Shown: piece by piece, positions 1-11,389 of the stretch
How positions within the stretch are numbered: the first letter of the stretch is position 1
How the letters are laid out: every line of letters begins with the position of its first letter
Assembly: GCA_011109175.1 (NCBI GenBank)
Contig: RDEW01000037.1
Location: 518,842-582,841 of the forward strand
Source of the DNA: Dicyema japonicum
Taxonomy: Eukaryota; Animalia; Dicyemida
Direction of reading: 5' to 3'
Length of the DNA stretch: 64,000 nt
The notes under the pieces: model-generated
Seen by the model: only the letters and a program-made list of their open reading frames with translations
Told to the model about the DNA's origin: nothing
Databases searched by the model: none
Made by a program: the position numbers and the translations under genes

Positions 1-140
1 AAAAAAAGAAGTGAAGATCATTCCTTGGTTCTACGATTAGTTAAAATTAACTGTTCTTTACTTAAATAAAGTGTGTGTCCTGCCTATGCGGAGCTATAAA
101 TACTATGGCTCTCGTGAAAAGGCTTTATTATTGTTATTGC
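1..140 (+). mobile_element. 3' half of tRNA-derived SINE (family 1), cut by the window edge
   Basis: Nearly identical to the reverse complement of 22480-22605 (GAAGTGAAGATCATTCCTTGGTTCTACGATTAG...AAATAAAGTGTGTGTCCTGCCTATGCGGAGC...GTGAAAAGGCT), followed by an (ATT)n-like tail. Confidence 0.85.
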
Positions 141-1064
141 TTATAGAAAATTTTGTAATTTTATTAGCCTCGACCATGTGTGGGCCGAGGCAACGTACGG
201 GCCGTGACACTATATAATAAGTTTTATATTCTATTATTAATAATTTCTTCCAATGTAATGTTTTCTGAAAAAAAATTTTTTTTCGTATTTTGAACATTGA
301 CCTCGCAGCTCTCCCGTTTCTCAGATCTGGACTGTGACATTAAATTTCGACGTATCCGAACTAGAGGATTGTCGCTCGTATTTTCTAACCTAGTTTGCTT
401 GTCCATACTGCACAGAGTATTTTCAAAACTCAAACAAAAACATTTTTTAGTGGACCGTTTAATTGAGGGGAAAAAACTCAACAAGCGAAAATTGGGTCTG
501 TCATAGGCACTCTCTTCTTCAAAAAGACCATTATAATCTGGCCTTCGAAGGGAAATTATTACAAACTTGGCCCCTCGAATCGAAATGAGTATGACAACAA
601 ATCAATTTCCTCAATCAGTGAATTAAGAGGGGCTTCTTTAAAAACCAACTCTTTTACCCGTAAGCAATTTTGTCGCCCAGGGCGGATTTGCAGAAATCTG
701 GATGAGAAATGTGTTGCTTGATTAGGAAGCCAGGAAGAATGGCAAGGAAACGTCCACAACAGAAATATGCCGATGGCCACAAATCCGGAATCACAATTTC
801 TTCAATTGCGATAAGAATGTTGAATTTCTCACGATTATCCGGAGAGAGGTAGCAAGGAGAGGAAATTCCACAAAACACTAATTTCGGAAGAAAAAGAATA
901 TTTTTCAAGAGAAAAAATACGGAGTATGTGGATCAGGCTCGTGCAGTTTAAGGTGGCTCCACTCATCTCCGATAGTTTCTTGGATAAATACATGATCCTG
1001 TATCGTGATTCGGAGAATTCATCTAGCGAGAGTCCCAGATTAAAAATTTATATTTACTCAGAAA

Positions 1065-1175
1065 GCAAATGATCTTTTTTCGGGCAATACTGGCACTGGG
1101 TGATCACACGACGCCACTCTAGTAAGAAGAAGAAGAGTCAACCAATTAGCCACGTAGGACCACATGGCGAGAATT
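1065..1175 (-). mobile_element. Internally deleted copy of SINE-like family 2
   Basis: Minus strand GCCATGTGG..CGTGGCTAATTGGTT, pyrimidine tract, TAGAGTGGCGTC.TGTGATC/ACCCAGTGCC...AAAAAAGATCATTTGC matches the 38469-38791 copy with a central deletion. Confidence 0.75.
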
Positions 1176-1499
1176 ATCACCACAATAAAGATTAAGAGGA
1201 TCAACTCGTTGGATTCCAGTCTATGTTAGAATGAGTCTATTGTGGCGCGAGCGCTACTTGCAACTATGGGCTACCTAAAATATCGATTTTTTTGCTCACA
1301 AGTTACTCAAAAAAGACTGGCTTCTTATTAATGAACGAACCAAACTTTATTTAAGCGAATTATAGGAGTTAAAAGGCGCTTGTAGCGCTTTCTTCCTTTT
1401 TCGTCTGATATCTTCCATGAAGGAACCTTCTCCATCGATGACTATCCGAGGTACCGAAGTGAATTCACTTTTGGGATGCCAAGTGAATAAGGTTGTACA

Positions 1500-3975
1500 C
1501 GATGCCTCCGTAGGGGACTGACTCTCATATGGCTCGATTTCTCAGTAGAGAGTGTCATCCCTCTCTTGGAGCACCAATCCTGAACTTGATCAACGAATAG
1601 CCTGATTCTCTTTTCTGATAAAGTGATTTTCCAGAAATATCTATGATTAGAATGTCATCCACTTATATCAACATCCTGGTGTTCATATCTGGTGGAACTT
1701 ATATTGAACATCAGCGGGATCAAGATAGAGCCCTGTGGAACTCCCCTCTTCAATGTAGTATCTCTTGATATATATGGTCCGACACGTATTCGGGAAGTGT
1801 CGTTCCGTTAGAAAGTTCTTTATCCATATGAAGTGTTTCTTATGGATATTCTCAGGTGCTAACCTTGATAGAAGGGCTTCATGCACACGCTATCAAAAGC
1901 TTTAGACAGATTCAGACATACTAGGTTGAGTTGTCTCTTGAATTCCAGACCTCTCAATATCGTCGAGTGCATCTGGTAGATGCAGTCCGTACAGGATTTT
2001 CCAGGTCTGAAGCCCCATTGTTCTGCGAGGAAGGAAACCACTCTCTTCTATGTGCTCGTTCAGCCTCTTGAGGATAATTCGCTAGCAAACTTGGATATAT
2101 AGCAAATGAGGCTGATCGGTCTATAGTTGAGAGGGTTCCTCCCCGACTTTCCCGGTTTGAGTACAATTCTGATAATAGAACATTTCCATCGTATTGGGAC
2201 ATATCCATGAGTAATACTCGCGTTTAATAGATTCTTCAGCACAAGCAGCAGATCATCCGGCCCTTCCTTGAACAATCTCATACTTATATGATCATGTCCA
2301 GGGGCGTTGGCCTTGCATGTTCTGATCGCATTTACAACGTCCTCTGTCGTTATCTCCATTTCGGTATCATTAAGATCATCCAGAGAGTACGTTAGGAGTT
2401 CTTATATAGCTTTCAACTTTTCCCTTGGGATTACCTCCATTGGGTTGACCCCTTGGATGTGCTCCAGTTGCTTCTTAAAGATAGCTGGAGCTTCTTCCAT
2501 AGAGCATGATCCTCCTTCTGATTTGGTCAAAGAGATTTTTGTATCCTTCATGTTCTGGCCAGTTAATCTTTGTAGAACTTCCAGAACGATGGGTCTTTCG
2601 TATTTAGTTTGCTTGCCTCGTTCCTCAAATGTTGTGGGACAGTCTTGTTCCCTCTTCAATGATTTTTTTGATTATTTTTAGATGGTCGGTCATCTAGTCA
2701 ACACATCTTCTGAGTTTGTTCCTTATGCGGTTTCTTTCATTAATCATAGATAATGTATGAGGGGAGAAATTGATGCTCATCCCATGATTGGTCTTTGAAG
2801 TTCTCCTCCTACCTTGCGTAAAGTAATAAGTATCTCTCCATCATAATTGAGAGGTCTCTGTCTATGTTGTCAATATTATTTCGGGAATGAGCTCCATCCT
2901 TCCAGTTTTTGAGGTTTCTAGATATGTATCTTCTATAGTGTTCTCAACTTAGTCTTGAGGTCGTAGCCAGTAAACATTGATTCCGTGGTGTCTGGAGCCA
3001 GGTTTAGTGTTATTTCTTGTCGTATGTGGTCGCTCCCGATGTCCTGCATGATCATTGGTTGCTCCACATAAGTGCATATTAGTGGTGACACCAGGAACAC
3101 CCCAAGCATCTTTCCGCCGTGGAACGAGTAGTGATTTAGCTTCTCCAAAGGTCATTACCTCGAAGCCTGCCTTGTCACTTAGTCTTCTTAACCTGATTCT
3201 ATCTTCGTTGGTTCTGAGGCATCCATATTTAGTGATCTTGGCGTTCAGATCTCCCACTAGGATAGACAAGTTGTTCTATGCAAAGATATTTTCGATTTCC
3301 GTGGAGCATTTTCTTAGGTCCTTGGAGTACATTCTCCAATATGTATCCAACGGTTACAACAGCGTATCTCAATAGTAACAAATTCACAATGTGTGTCGAG
3401 GTAACTCTTGGCTCACGTACATGTAGAACATCGTTGTAGAACAATGTGGTTCCAGTATCAGCCTCTGCGCCTTCGACCCATGGTATTTCTATGAATTATA
3501 ACCTTTTATTGTCGCTGTGTTGATTCTTTTTATTTTGGTCTCATTGACGTCAATCTTGGTGGACGACATGAGTAGTGCCAGGTCATCACGCCTCATCTTC
3601 AGGGATCGGGCGTTCACCAGCACTATCTTTAAGTTTCTTTTTAGATTTCTTTGCATTTGGAGGTTTCATGTTCTCCCGCGCAACGGAAACATTTCTTCTT
3701 TCCGTGCACTGGTGTGCAAAGTGACCGACCTGCTGGCAGTTGTAGCAGATGGGCGGTCCTCTTCTAAGAAATTTTTGAGTTCTCATTGACCACCAGGATG
3801 TCAATCTTGGTGGACGACATGAGTAGTGCCAGGTCATCACGCCTCATCTTCAGGGATCGGGCGTTCACCAGCACTATTTCTAGGTTTCTTTTTAGATTTC
3901 TTTGCATTTGGAAATGTCATGTTCTCCCGCGCAACGGAAACATTTCTTCTTTCCCGTGCACTGGTGTGCAAAGTA
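1500..3975 (-). mobile_element. Degenerate Jockey/I-like LINE (gag-like CCHC ORF1, APE endonuclease, RT)
   Basis: CYNCQQVGHFAHQC knuckle (about 3700-3745); APE motifs LVGDLNAK and IGSDH; RT motifs APGHD, RPISL, QWGFRPGKSC and LSKAFDSV, spread over broken frames. Confidence 0.85.
3549..3975. repeat. Tandem duplication, period about 251 bp, slightly diverged
   Basis: GTCAATCTTGGTGGACGACATGAGTAGTGCC starts at both 3549 and 3800. Confidence 0.9.
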
Positions 3976-4306
3976 ACCAAATCTTATTTGACGGAGATAA
4001 ATCCACAATTTCTCTCAAATATTCAAATTTTCATGAATTTTATTATTTTACTAAATTATACTTGACGATATTATAAATATTTCGAAAACCTCTTCACTTT
4101 CATCTGTTGTTGTTTTTCATCCCAGAAAACAATGAACGTGAAAAAGCTGTCATACAATTTTGTAAGACTGGAAATTATTCAAAAATTAACTGGCAAAGAT
4201 TTTTGTGCGTAAGGAAGACAATTGAAAAATAATATTGAGTATTAATATAACAAACAGCACAAGCGGAACCTTAATTAAATAAATTACTTTTTTGATTATT
4301 TGAAAG

Positions 4307-4805
4307 TGCTATTAATAATAATAATAGAACAAACCACACAGAAACACATCTTCCTAAATTTTACTATATTATCTGATGGGCAATTTTCTACGCAAACATG
4401 AAATTGCTGTCTTAAACACACTAAGGCCTAGACTGCTATTAATAATAATAATAGAACAAACCACACAGAAACACATCTTCCTAAATTTTACTATATTATC
4501 TGATGGGCAATTTTCTACGCAAACATGAAATTGTTGTCTTAAACACACTAAGGCCAAGACAAACACCAAATAGAAAATATGATCTTGTGGAAAAACATTT
4601 GGTACAATTTTGTTGTACCAAGTTTTCATTGTCACTAAAATACAAGATATTATAGAACGTATAGTCGCATCCATCGCCTTTGTCTTTTTCACAAATACGC
4701 CTAGACGAATCTATGGTTGTCACTAAAATACGAAATATTATAGAACGTATAGTCGCATCCATCGCCTTTGTCTATTTCGCAAATACGCCTAGACGAATCT
4801 ATGGT
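4307..4805. repeat. Two adjacent tandem duplications (127 bp x2 at 4307/4434; 88 bp x2 at 4630/4718)
   Basis: Direct comparison of near-identical units. Confidence 0.9.
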
Positions 4806-5883
4806 GGTTAATCGGATATTTGACATCCCCATAAAGGAAGTCTAATCGTAACCCATAGTATAAACACCCACAAGACTCACTATAACTAGAAGTAAACGGA
4901 ATAATGTATATAATGTCCGTGCAACTTATGTACGACTAAATATGAGGAAGCACGTACTTTCATTTGTTCTTATAATGTAACTGGTACCATGTTTCGTTTA
5001 GGCAAATTAGAATTTTTAGAGTTTTTGGTGGTAGTCGTATCTTTTCAGTGTTTTACTGTGCGTAAATCTGCCCTCATTTTTTCTGGATAACCGTCATCTT
5101 TTTTGCATTTGTCCGCGAGTTTATTAAAGGGTTCTGCTGTTATGTGTTGGGATCACCTAGTCAACGAGTTTGATTTTACTTGTCTTTTGGGATAAATTTA
5201 TTCTACGTCTTCAATTAGTCTATGGTTTATCGGTCAACAGAAAAGCTGATGATATTGCATAAAAATCTCCACATCACATCTGTCTTTCATTTTATATGTC
5301 TTTAAGTGATAGGGGGTCAAATCTAAAATTTATCTTTGATAATTGAAACTCTCATTCATTATGATTAAATTTTGATTTCTTAGTCAAATTAAAAATCATC
5401 TCATTGCTCTATCGTAGTAATCTCTTTGTCATCATTCCATGGAGGTTCGATTTTGGTTGTTGAAAAATTCCGAGAGCGCCTTGTCCAATTGAGCCCTCTG
5501 CCTCTTACACTGCAGTGTCAGGCTATTTAGTGTCCGCTTTAATATAATGGGTCTTAGCCTGTAGGTTCGTATCTACCCCTAACTGCATTAGAAAACCTTG
5601 TGGTACTTTGTTGCAATTCTTTCCCAGGTCATTATTTTGGAATAACGAAGACCTTACAACCAAGTATCTGTTAAAATCTAATCAAGAAATATAATTATTT
5701 ACAATAATTATATCAGTGATTACACTATAACAAAATGATAAGTTGTGATCATACTTGAAGTAAGAACTACAAATAAATTACATATCGCATCTAATTTTTT
5801 TAATGAAAAATGCACGCAAATTACTTCGCCGAGGAAAATTGTTCTTACAAGCTTCATGTAGAAGATTTGTTTTTCATGTTGTT

Positions 5884-6110
5884 TTATGACCTCATTTTTG
5901 TCCGTTTTGACCTCTCAACATTCTCGAAAGCAGAACAGACGCCAAGGTTGGAAGGGGAGAATGTATCGCAAGGTTTTCCTGCTTTAAAGTGATAGTTGGT
6001 CATCCCATCGAGTCGTTTCTCGTCACTTCTGCAAAAAAACAAGCGGTTCGAGCATAGAAGGATGTTCGGTATCGTCAAAACTCGTGTAACAACTTCGTTC
6101 AAACCCAAAT
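5884..6110 (-). mobile_element. CRE-clade RLE endonuclease fragment
   Basis: Translates to RSDEKRLDGMT...GKP..DTFSPSNL, homologous to the RPDGMT..WDVT region of the 7331 ORF. Confidence 0.7.
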
Positions 6111-6184
6111 GTCTAGGAGATCTTTGTTCAAACCCAAATCGACGCATCAGCAACAAAGTCTTTTGTAACGCTGTTACATATAAA

Positions 6185-6790
6185 TGACAGCTCTGTGTCA
6201 AACCAAAATTCTTTATGAAGATTGAGGAAATTCCTATTGACAAAACACCGAAAATTCTGGGATTCACCTTTGATCAGGGACTCACTTTTATCAGACATGT
6301 TGAGAACGTAGTAACTTCTGCTCTGAAAAAAATGAGAATTTTAAAAGTTCTCTCAAAATCACTTAGAGACATACTGGTGTATTTGCACGATTTATTAACA
6401 ATTAATCGGACCCATGATGTCGTATGCAAGTACTTTGTGGGCAATGCAGATTTTCTCCTCATTGAAACTATCCGCAATCGAAGAGACCGCAATAAAGATA
6501 ATTGGACCAGAACACAAAATCCAGCCCATTGAAAATCTCTTATTCTAATTATAACGATAACTCTTAAAGGAGGCTAGTTTACCAAGCTCCCCTCTATTCC
6601 ATACACAATCGAAATATCTACAATCATACCAAAATTTTGAGCCGATGTCATGTCTAATAAGAAGGGATGTTCAGGATGCTCGACTCCACTGTACTCGTCC
6701 TACCCATTGTCGGTCTGGGATCAATAAGTAAATTAAAAACTTTATTTCGTTTTTTTGGATTCAGTAATCCTTGGGTAATAATTCTACCCA
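6185..6790 (+). mobile_element. 3' fragment of a Jockey/I-like LINE (RT C-terminus and 3' UTR)
   Basis: KTPKILGFTFDQGLTFIRHV; close homolog of 48420-49017 including the GGGATCA...CAGTAATCCTTGGGTAATAAT end. Confidence 0.85.
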
Positions 6791-6869
6791 ATGATGTTTT
6801 CGAATGTTCTACACTTTCACAACTTCCTTTTTTTCTTATATTCTTACGAAATCGTCTTTTTGCATGAAA

Positions 6870-7200
6870 AAGTTTTCCATCCCATGGTTGTTTGTAGTTA
6901 AATGCTTGCTAGTTCACAAAGATTATTTTCATTGATCGTGGGTAGTCTTGTATTTAAAGAAGTTTTGTATTAAATTGAAGTTCCTGTTCCAGCACAAGAA
7001 CCAATCTTCCAACAAATATCTAATGAGTCGTATCGATCAATTTTAATTGGTCTTTTCTTCAATTTAGTTTCGTTTATAATTAGAACATCCATCTGAATCG
7101 TGCTGGCTAGAGCAACCAGCACTGAGGCCCGTTTCCAAAAAGAACGGGCATTAATCAGAGTTATCCTGACTACTTCTGGTTTTTTGTTGGTTGCCCTCTC
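6870..7200 (-). mobile_element. APE endonuclease N-terminal fragment of a LINE
   Basis: ITLINARSFWKR...MDVLIINETKL, the APE N-x-x-S / I-x-ET pattern, with in-frame stops. Confidence 0.6.
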
Positions 7201-8413
7201 TTCTTAAGAGCGCTGACGCTTGGATAACACAGAAACCCTAAAAAATTTATATTTGAATTATGTATAATAAAATTTGGATTGCTTTAAATAGTTTTATTTT
7301 ATAAGGAAAAAGGAAAAAGAATAGTTAATTTTAATTCAGCTGTTGGGAGATGCACAAGCTATTCCCACGGACAACAGCCAACGAGAGCCTCTCCTTGAGC
7401 CATCTCGTCTCACGAAGATCACCAGTTTTGTCAGTTAGTAGTTTTCCCAAATGGTTCAGGAACTTCAGCGTTTTAGGGCCAAAGTTCCCCGAAGTTTCAA
7501 TCGCGACAGGTGCGAAAATGTACCTGTCGCTGATATCCGAGTATTTAGCATTTTTTACTTCCTCTGCTTGAGAAGAAGGTCTGCCCGGTGAATAATTTTT
7601 TTTGCTTGGGGCGAAAGAGCAGACACAGGTCACATCCCATACAAGGTTTCGCCCTCGCTCAAAAGGAAAGGAGGTCATGCCGTCAGGGCGTCTTCCGTTG
7701 TCAAATAGACCAGTCGGTTCGATCCGGCAACGGAATCCAGCCGATTCTAATGCCCTCTTAATGATGCCGTTCATTGCCGAATGTCGAGAAGATCTGCCAA
7801 TTCCGCTCCGGCATGAGAGGAGGTGGAGACCCAGTTCGTCCGATAGACAGCCACATTTGCACTTCGATTTGGTGCAAACAGGCAATCCGAGGTGTAGACA
7901 TACAGCTGTACGAAGTGAGTCATCATCCAACAATCCACCAACTTCTTGACATGGGTAAACCCCAAGCCAAGATCCATCAACCGCCTCCCTCGAATTTTGG
8001 AAACAATCCAGGCGATGTCCAGAGAGCCGGCTGACTAGGTTGGATGCCAGAGCATTCCATCTATGGATCATCCAAGACGATTGTTGGTCTGGGTTACGCG
8101 GCTCGCTAAGCCCTTCACTTCGCCACACGTCCATGTATTCAACCAAGTCATTGGACAGTTTCCGAGATGGAAGCTTTGAAAGAATTGAGTCCACTTGGTT
8201 TTTGCATGAAAGTTTTGAGGCAAAATACGCCGGGCCAGCAATTTGGCAGGGAGTAGTAAGACCGATTCCACCCAATGATATCGGTAATTGAGTCTGTATC
8301 CATCCAGGGGTATCAAGAGAAACGTTAAGTACGAATTCAGTACATCTTTTGAGGCAATCAGAGTATTCCATTAAAGGGGAATCACACTTATAACATGGTG
8401 CAGTCCTTAGTAA

Positions 8414-8651
8414 ATAGTTTAATCTTGGAATGGACAAGCAGTGTCTCAATAGGAAGAGGGCAATATGGTTGTCAACATGCCGCAAACGGGTCTCAAAAGT
8501 ACCGAGCTCTATTGTCCTTTCTTTAAACACGTATAGTTTAATCTTGGAATGGACAAGCAGTGTCTCAATAGGAAGAGGGCAATATGGTTGTCAACATGCC
8601 GCAAACGGGTCTCAAAAGTACCGAGCTCTATTGTCCTTTCTTTAAACACGT
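8414..8651. repeat. Identical 119-bp tandem duplication inside the CRE ORF
   Basis: ATAGTTTAATCTTGGAATGG...TTTAAACACGT starts at both 8414 and 8533. Confidence 0.95.
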
Positions 8652-10380
8652 CCACAATTTGGTTTTCGAATATAGGAGAACCGAGGAACAGAGACTCCCC
8701 AACTGGAATCGATGCATAATTTTCGAGAGTGTATTTAAACTGGTCATTGTAGAAAGTAGTCAGATCGGGACTCAAATTGATCTTGATTAATTCACATTTG
8801 GACTTGTTGACAGAAAGGCCAATCGCTTCGAATTCAGACATCAAACGACGCACGTCCTCCAAAACTGTATCTGGATGTCCACCAATGTTCCGTCATCCAA
8901 ATACCATAAATTTAAAGGTGATTTTAAGCATGCGGCTACTCCCTGGATCCCCAAAGCAAAGAGAAGAGGTCCAAGTGGGTCGCCTTGTTGAACACCAGTT
9001 CGTGATTTAATGATGGCATCGTGGAAAACCAATGATGATGGATTAGAATATGAAAGGCGAACAATCTCCCAAATATGTGGTAAATTTTTTTGGCATAACT
9101 CCAATAAATGATCTCTCCTTATGGAATTAAATGCGTTCTTAAGATCTACTTTGCAGACAACAACGTCCTCTTTGCATTCGGACGACGACGTGAAAAAACT
9201 TCTCACTGCGTGGACACAAGCCTCTGCACCGCCACGAACTCCAACGCCCATCTGTATAGGACTGAAAATAGGAAGTAATCTTTGAACCCCAGAAAAGCAA
9301 GCGACTTTAGCTGCAAGTCTCCTCAACACGTTTCCAATAGCAATCGGTCTGACACCGCCGTCAGGCTTTCGGAGAGCAACAAGATTAGCAGAAAATAACA
9401 TATTTCGACCGAAAGGAGACAAACATCCAGAAAGAATTTTGTTGATCAGTTCGCAAATAACATTCGAAAGATCCTTTCAGACAGATCCCATCATTGGAGA
9501 TGTGAGATCACGTAGGTGACCGGGTCTCAAGCCATCAATACCACCTCCACTACTAGGACGAAATGAACGCAGGGAGGTGATTATATCTTCGTTAGAGGCG
9601 AGCAATTGTTCCTCGTGGAAAGGTTTTATAGTTCTCAAATCTTCGGGGGATCCGGGGTGTTTTTCTCGTAAAGACATGAGCGTTTCAGGGGTGTTTTTAA
9701 GTGTCCCAGGATCACAAACTAATAGCCGTACAGCACCGCGAATATCGCCTTCCATAAGTTTCATCCTGATTAGTTTCTTTATTAAGCGAAGTTCCTCCGT
9801 TTTCGGACGCTTTGAACTCCGGGGTGCAATTTGAGTTGATTTTAAAGCAGTAAGTGACATTTTATGTTCATTTAGAAACAGTCTAACTCTCTTTTTGATA
9901 TTCGTTGCGAGAGAAGTGGATGCTTCCGTTGGTCTTCTGATCCCAAGAGTGAGTGACGGGAAAAGGAAAAATTTGACCCATTCCGAAGAAACGGCGTCAG
10001 GCTTCAAAACATCCTTGATGGTGGAGATCAGAGCCTCGGCAACAGCAGTTCTCGCACCTTTGGGAATCTTCACAGGAATGGTCACGTCCGAGCGTGTTCG
10101 AGAGACCAGTTTCAGAGCTTCATCAGGATCTGCTACAAGAGTAGGGTCAAACGGTTCAATGCAAGCAGCGTGACCATTAGGAAACCCCGAACCAATTCCA
10201 AGGCACGAGCGGCAGTGCCATACCCCAAGAGCACGGATAGAGGCCTGAGAGAGCTTCAAACACCCGATGTGGAAGAACACTCCACAGGCAGAACAAGAAA
10301 TTCCAAACTTTCTCAAATTGCTCATGTTGCAGGCAGAGCAATTAGACGATGACTTTTCGAGTAACATTCCACTGAATCAA

Positions 10381-10548
10381 CAATAGGCGAAAATCAAGAA
10401 TAGGGGAATAATCTCAATAGGCGAAAATCAAGAATAGGGGAATAATCTCAATAGGCGAAAATCAAGAATAGGAGAATAGTCTCAATAGGCGAAAATAGTC
10501 AATAAGAGAAAGTCAAAAATAGGAAAATAATCACAATAGGCGAAAAAC
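10381..10548 (-). repeat. 34-bp tandem array in the CRE 5' UTR
   Basis: CAATAGGCGAAAATCAAGAATAGGGGAATAATCT units at 10381, 10415, 10449 and a partial one at 10483; degenerate unit at 10534. Confidence 0.92.
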
Positions 10549-11389
10549 AACAACAACACACAACGACAACACGTTTTTTTTTTTTTTTTTTTTTAAAATT
10601 GCTTTTAACTAAAAATTTATTTATAGTAATAATATATTAATATCAAAAATAAAAAAAAGAATTTATGGATAAAAATTAAAAGTGAATTTAATTAGAGTTC
10701 GAACATTGTATTCTGTCAATAAAATAAACTTTATGAATGTATAGAAACAACCGATGCTCTAATTACCCTAAATCGTTCTCTAATACATCCTAATCCATTC
10801 TAATTCACCCTAACCCGTTCAAGAATTTGACTTTAACCAATCCAAATTTATAAGGTCTCCCATTTTTGTTATATATTACGTCGAACATGTTTTTGTACAA
10901 GATTAGAAATTTTGTTTTTCCTTTAAAAATCAGGGACCGATGTCATGGTCTTCAAATTTAAGGTCATTATACGGAAAATCGATTGTTATAATTTATATAG
11001 AAGGTTGCTCAATATCGATCTTATTGACATAAGCAATCTTAAAAAAAATTTTGAGGCCCTATGACTTCACTCGTCTCGGCGACAACGGTCTGCTCATAAA
11101 ATCTGGTTAGACGCTTTTGTAATTGATTATTTAAGTTCTCTAACTCCAAATATATGTATGCAGATTCCACATTGCGAATCAGACTTTTCAAGAGAGAATA
11201 AAATACTATGATCCTGTCTGGGCGCATTCCATAATCACGATGTCAGAAAAAAAGTTGAAAATGCAAAAGACCATGACTACTTAAGAGACAAAACAAGAAA
11301 AGAGATACTTGAAAGAAAATAATTACGAAATTATTATAAACGTGCTTGGAGATTTTAAAATAAAAAAACAACGAGAAAATTAATTGCTT

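Larger units (their letters stand above)
7331..10570 (-). mobile_element. Near full-length CRE-clade non-LTR retrotransposon: PHD finger - RT - CCHC-type knuckle - RLE
   Basis: ATG at 10367; C4HC3 PHD; RT motifs LVALRKPDGGVRPIA, VDLKNAFNS, GVQQGDPLGP and YLDD; CKCG...HLLSC...RH; RLE RRPDG..WDVT..AEEVK.AKY. Three lesions: TGA at 9477-9479, a 1-nt frameshift near 8882, and a 119-bp duplication. Confidence 0.92.

Noticed and set aside
300-1000. Coding-like fragments at 300-1000 (similar cases at 10700-11320, 29800-30450, 31735-32064, 49250-49760, 50450-50950, 61600-62200)
   Set aside because: Some exon-like pieces, but no identifiable domain or complete frame could be derived by eye.
9477-9479. 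TGA as Trp (in-frame TGA in CRE, PPIL2 and the 51-53 kb RTE)
   Set aside because: TGA also replaces non-Trp codons (Gly in HYGLGF at about 51725), and intact ORFs use TGG; these are better explained as mutations.
7350-10352. Plus-strand ORFs over the CRE, RTE (24658-26635) and 28011-29220 elements
   Set aside because: Antisense shadows of the minus-strand ORFs with no recognisable motifs.
10381-10548. CRISPR array
   Set aside because: Contiguous 34-bp units without unique spacers, no cas genes, eukaryotic context.
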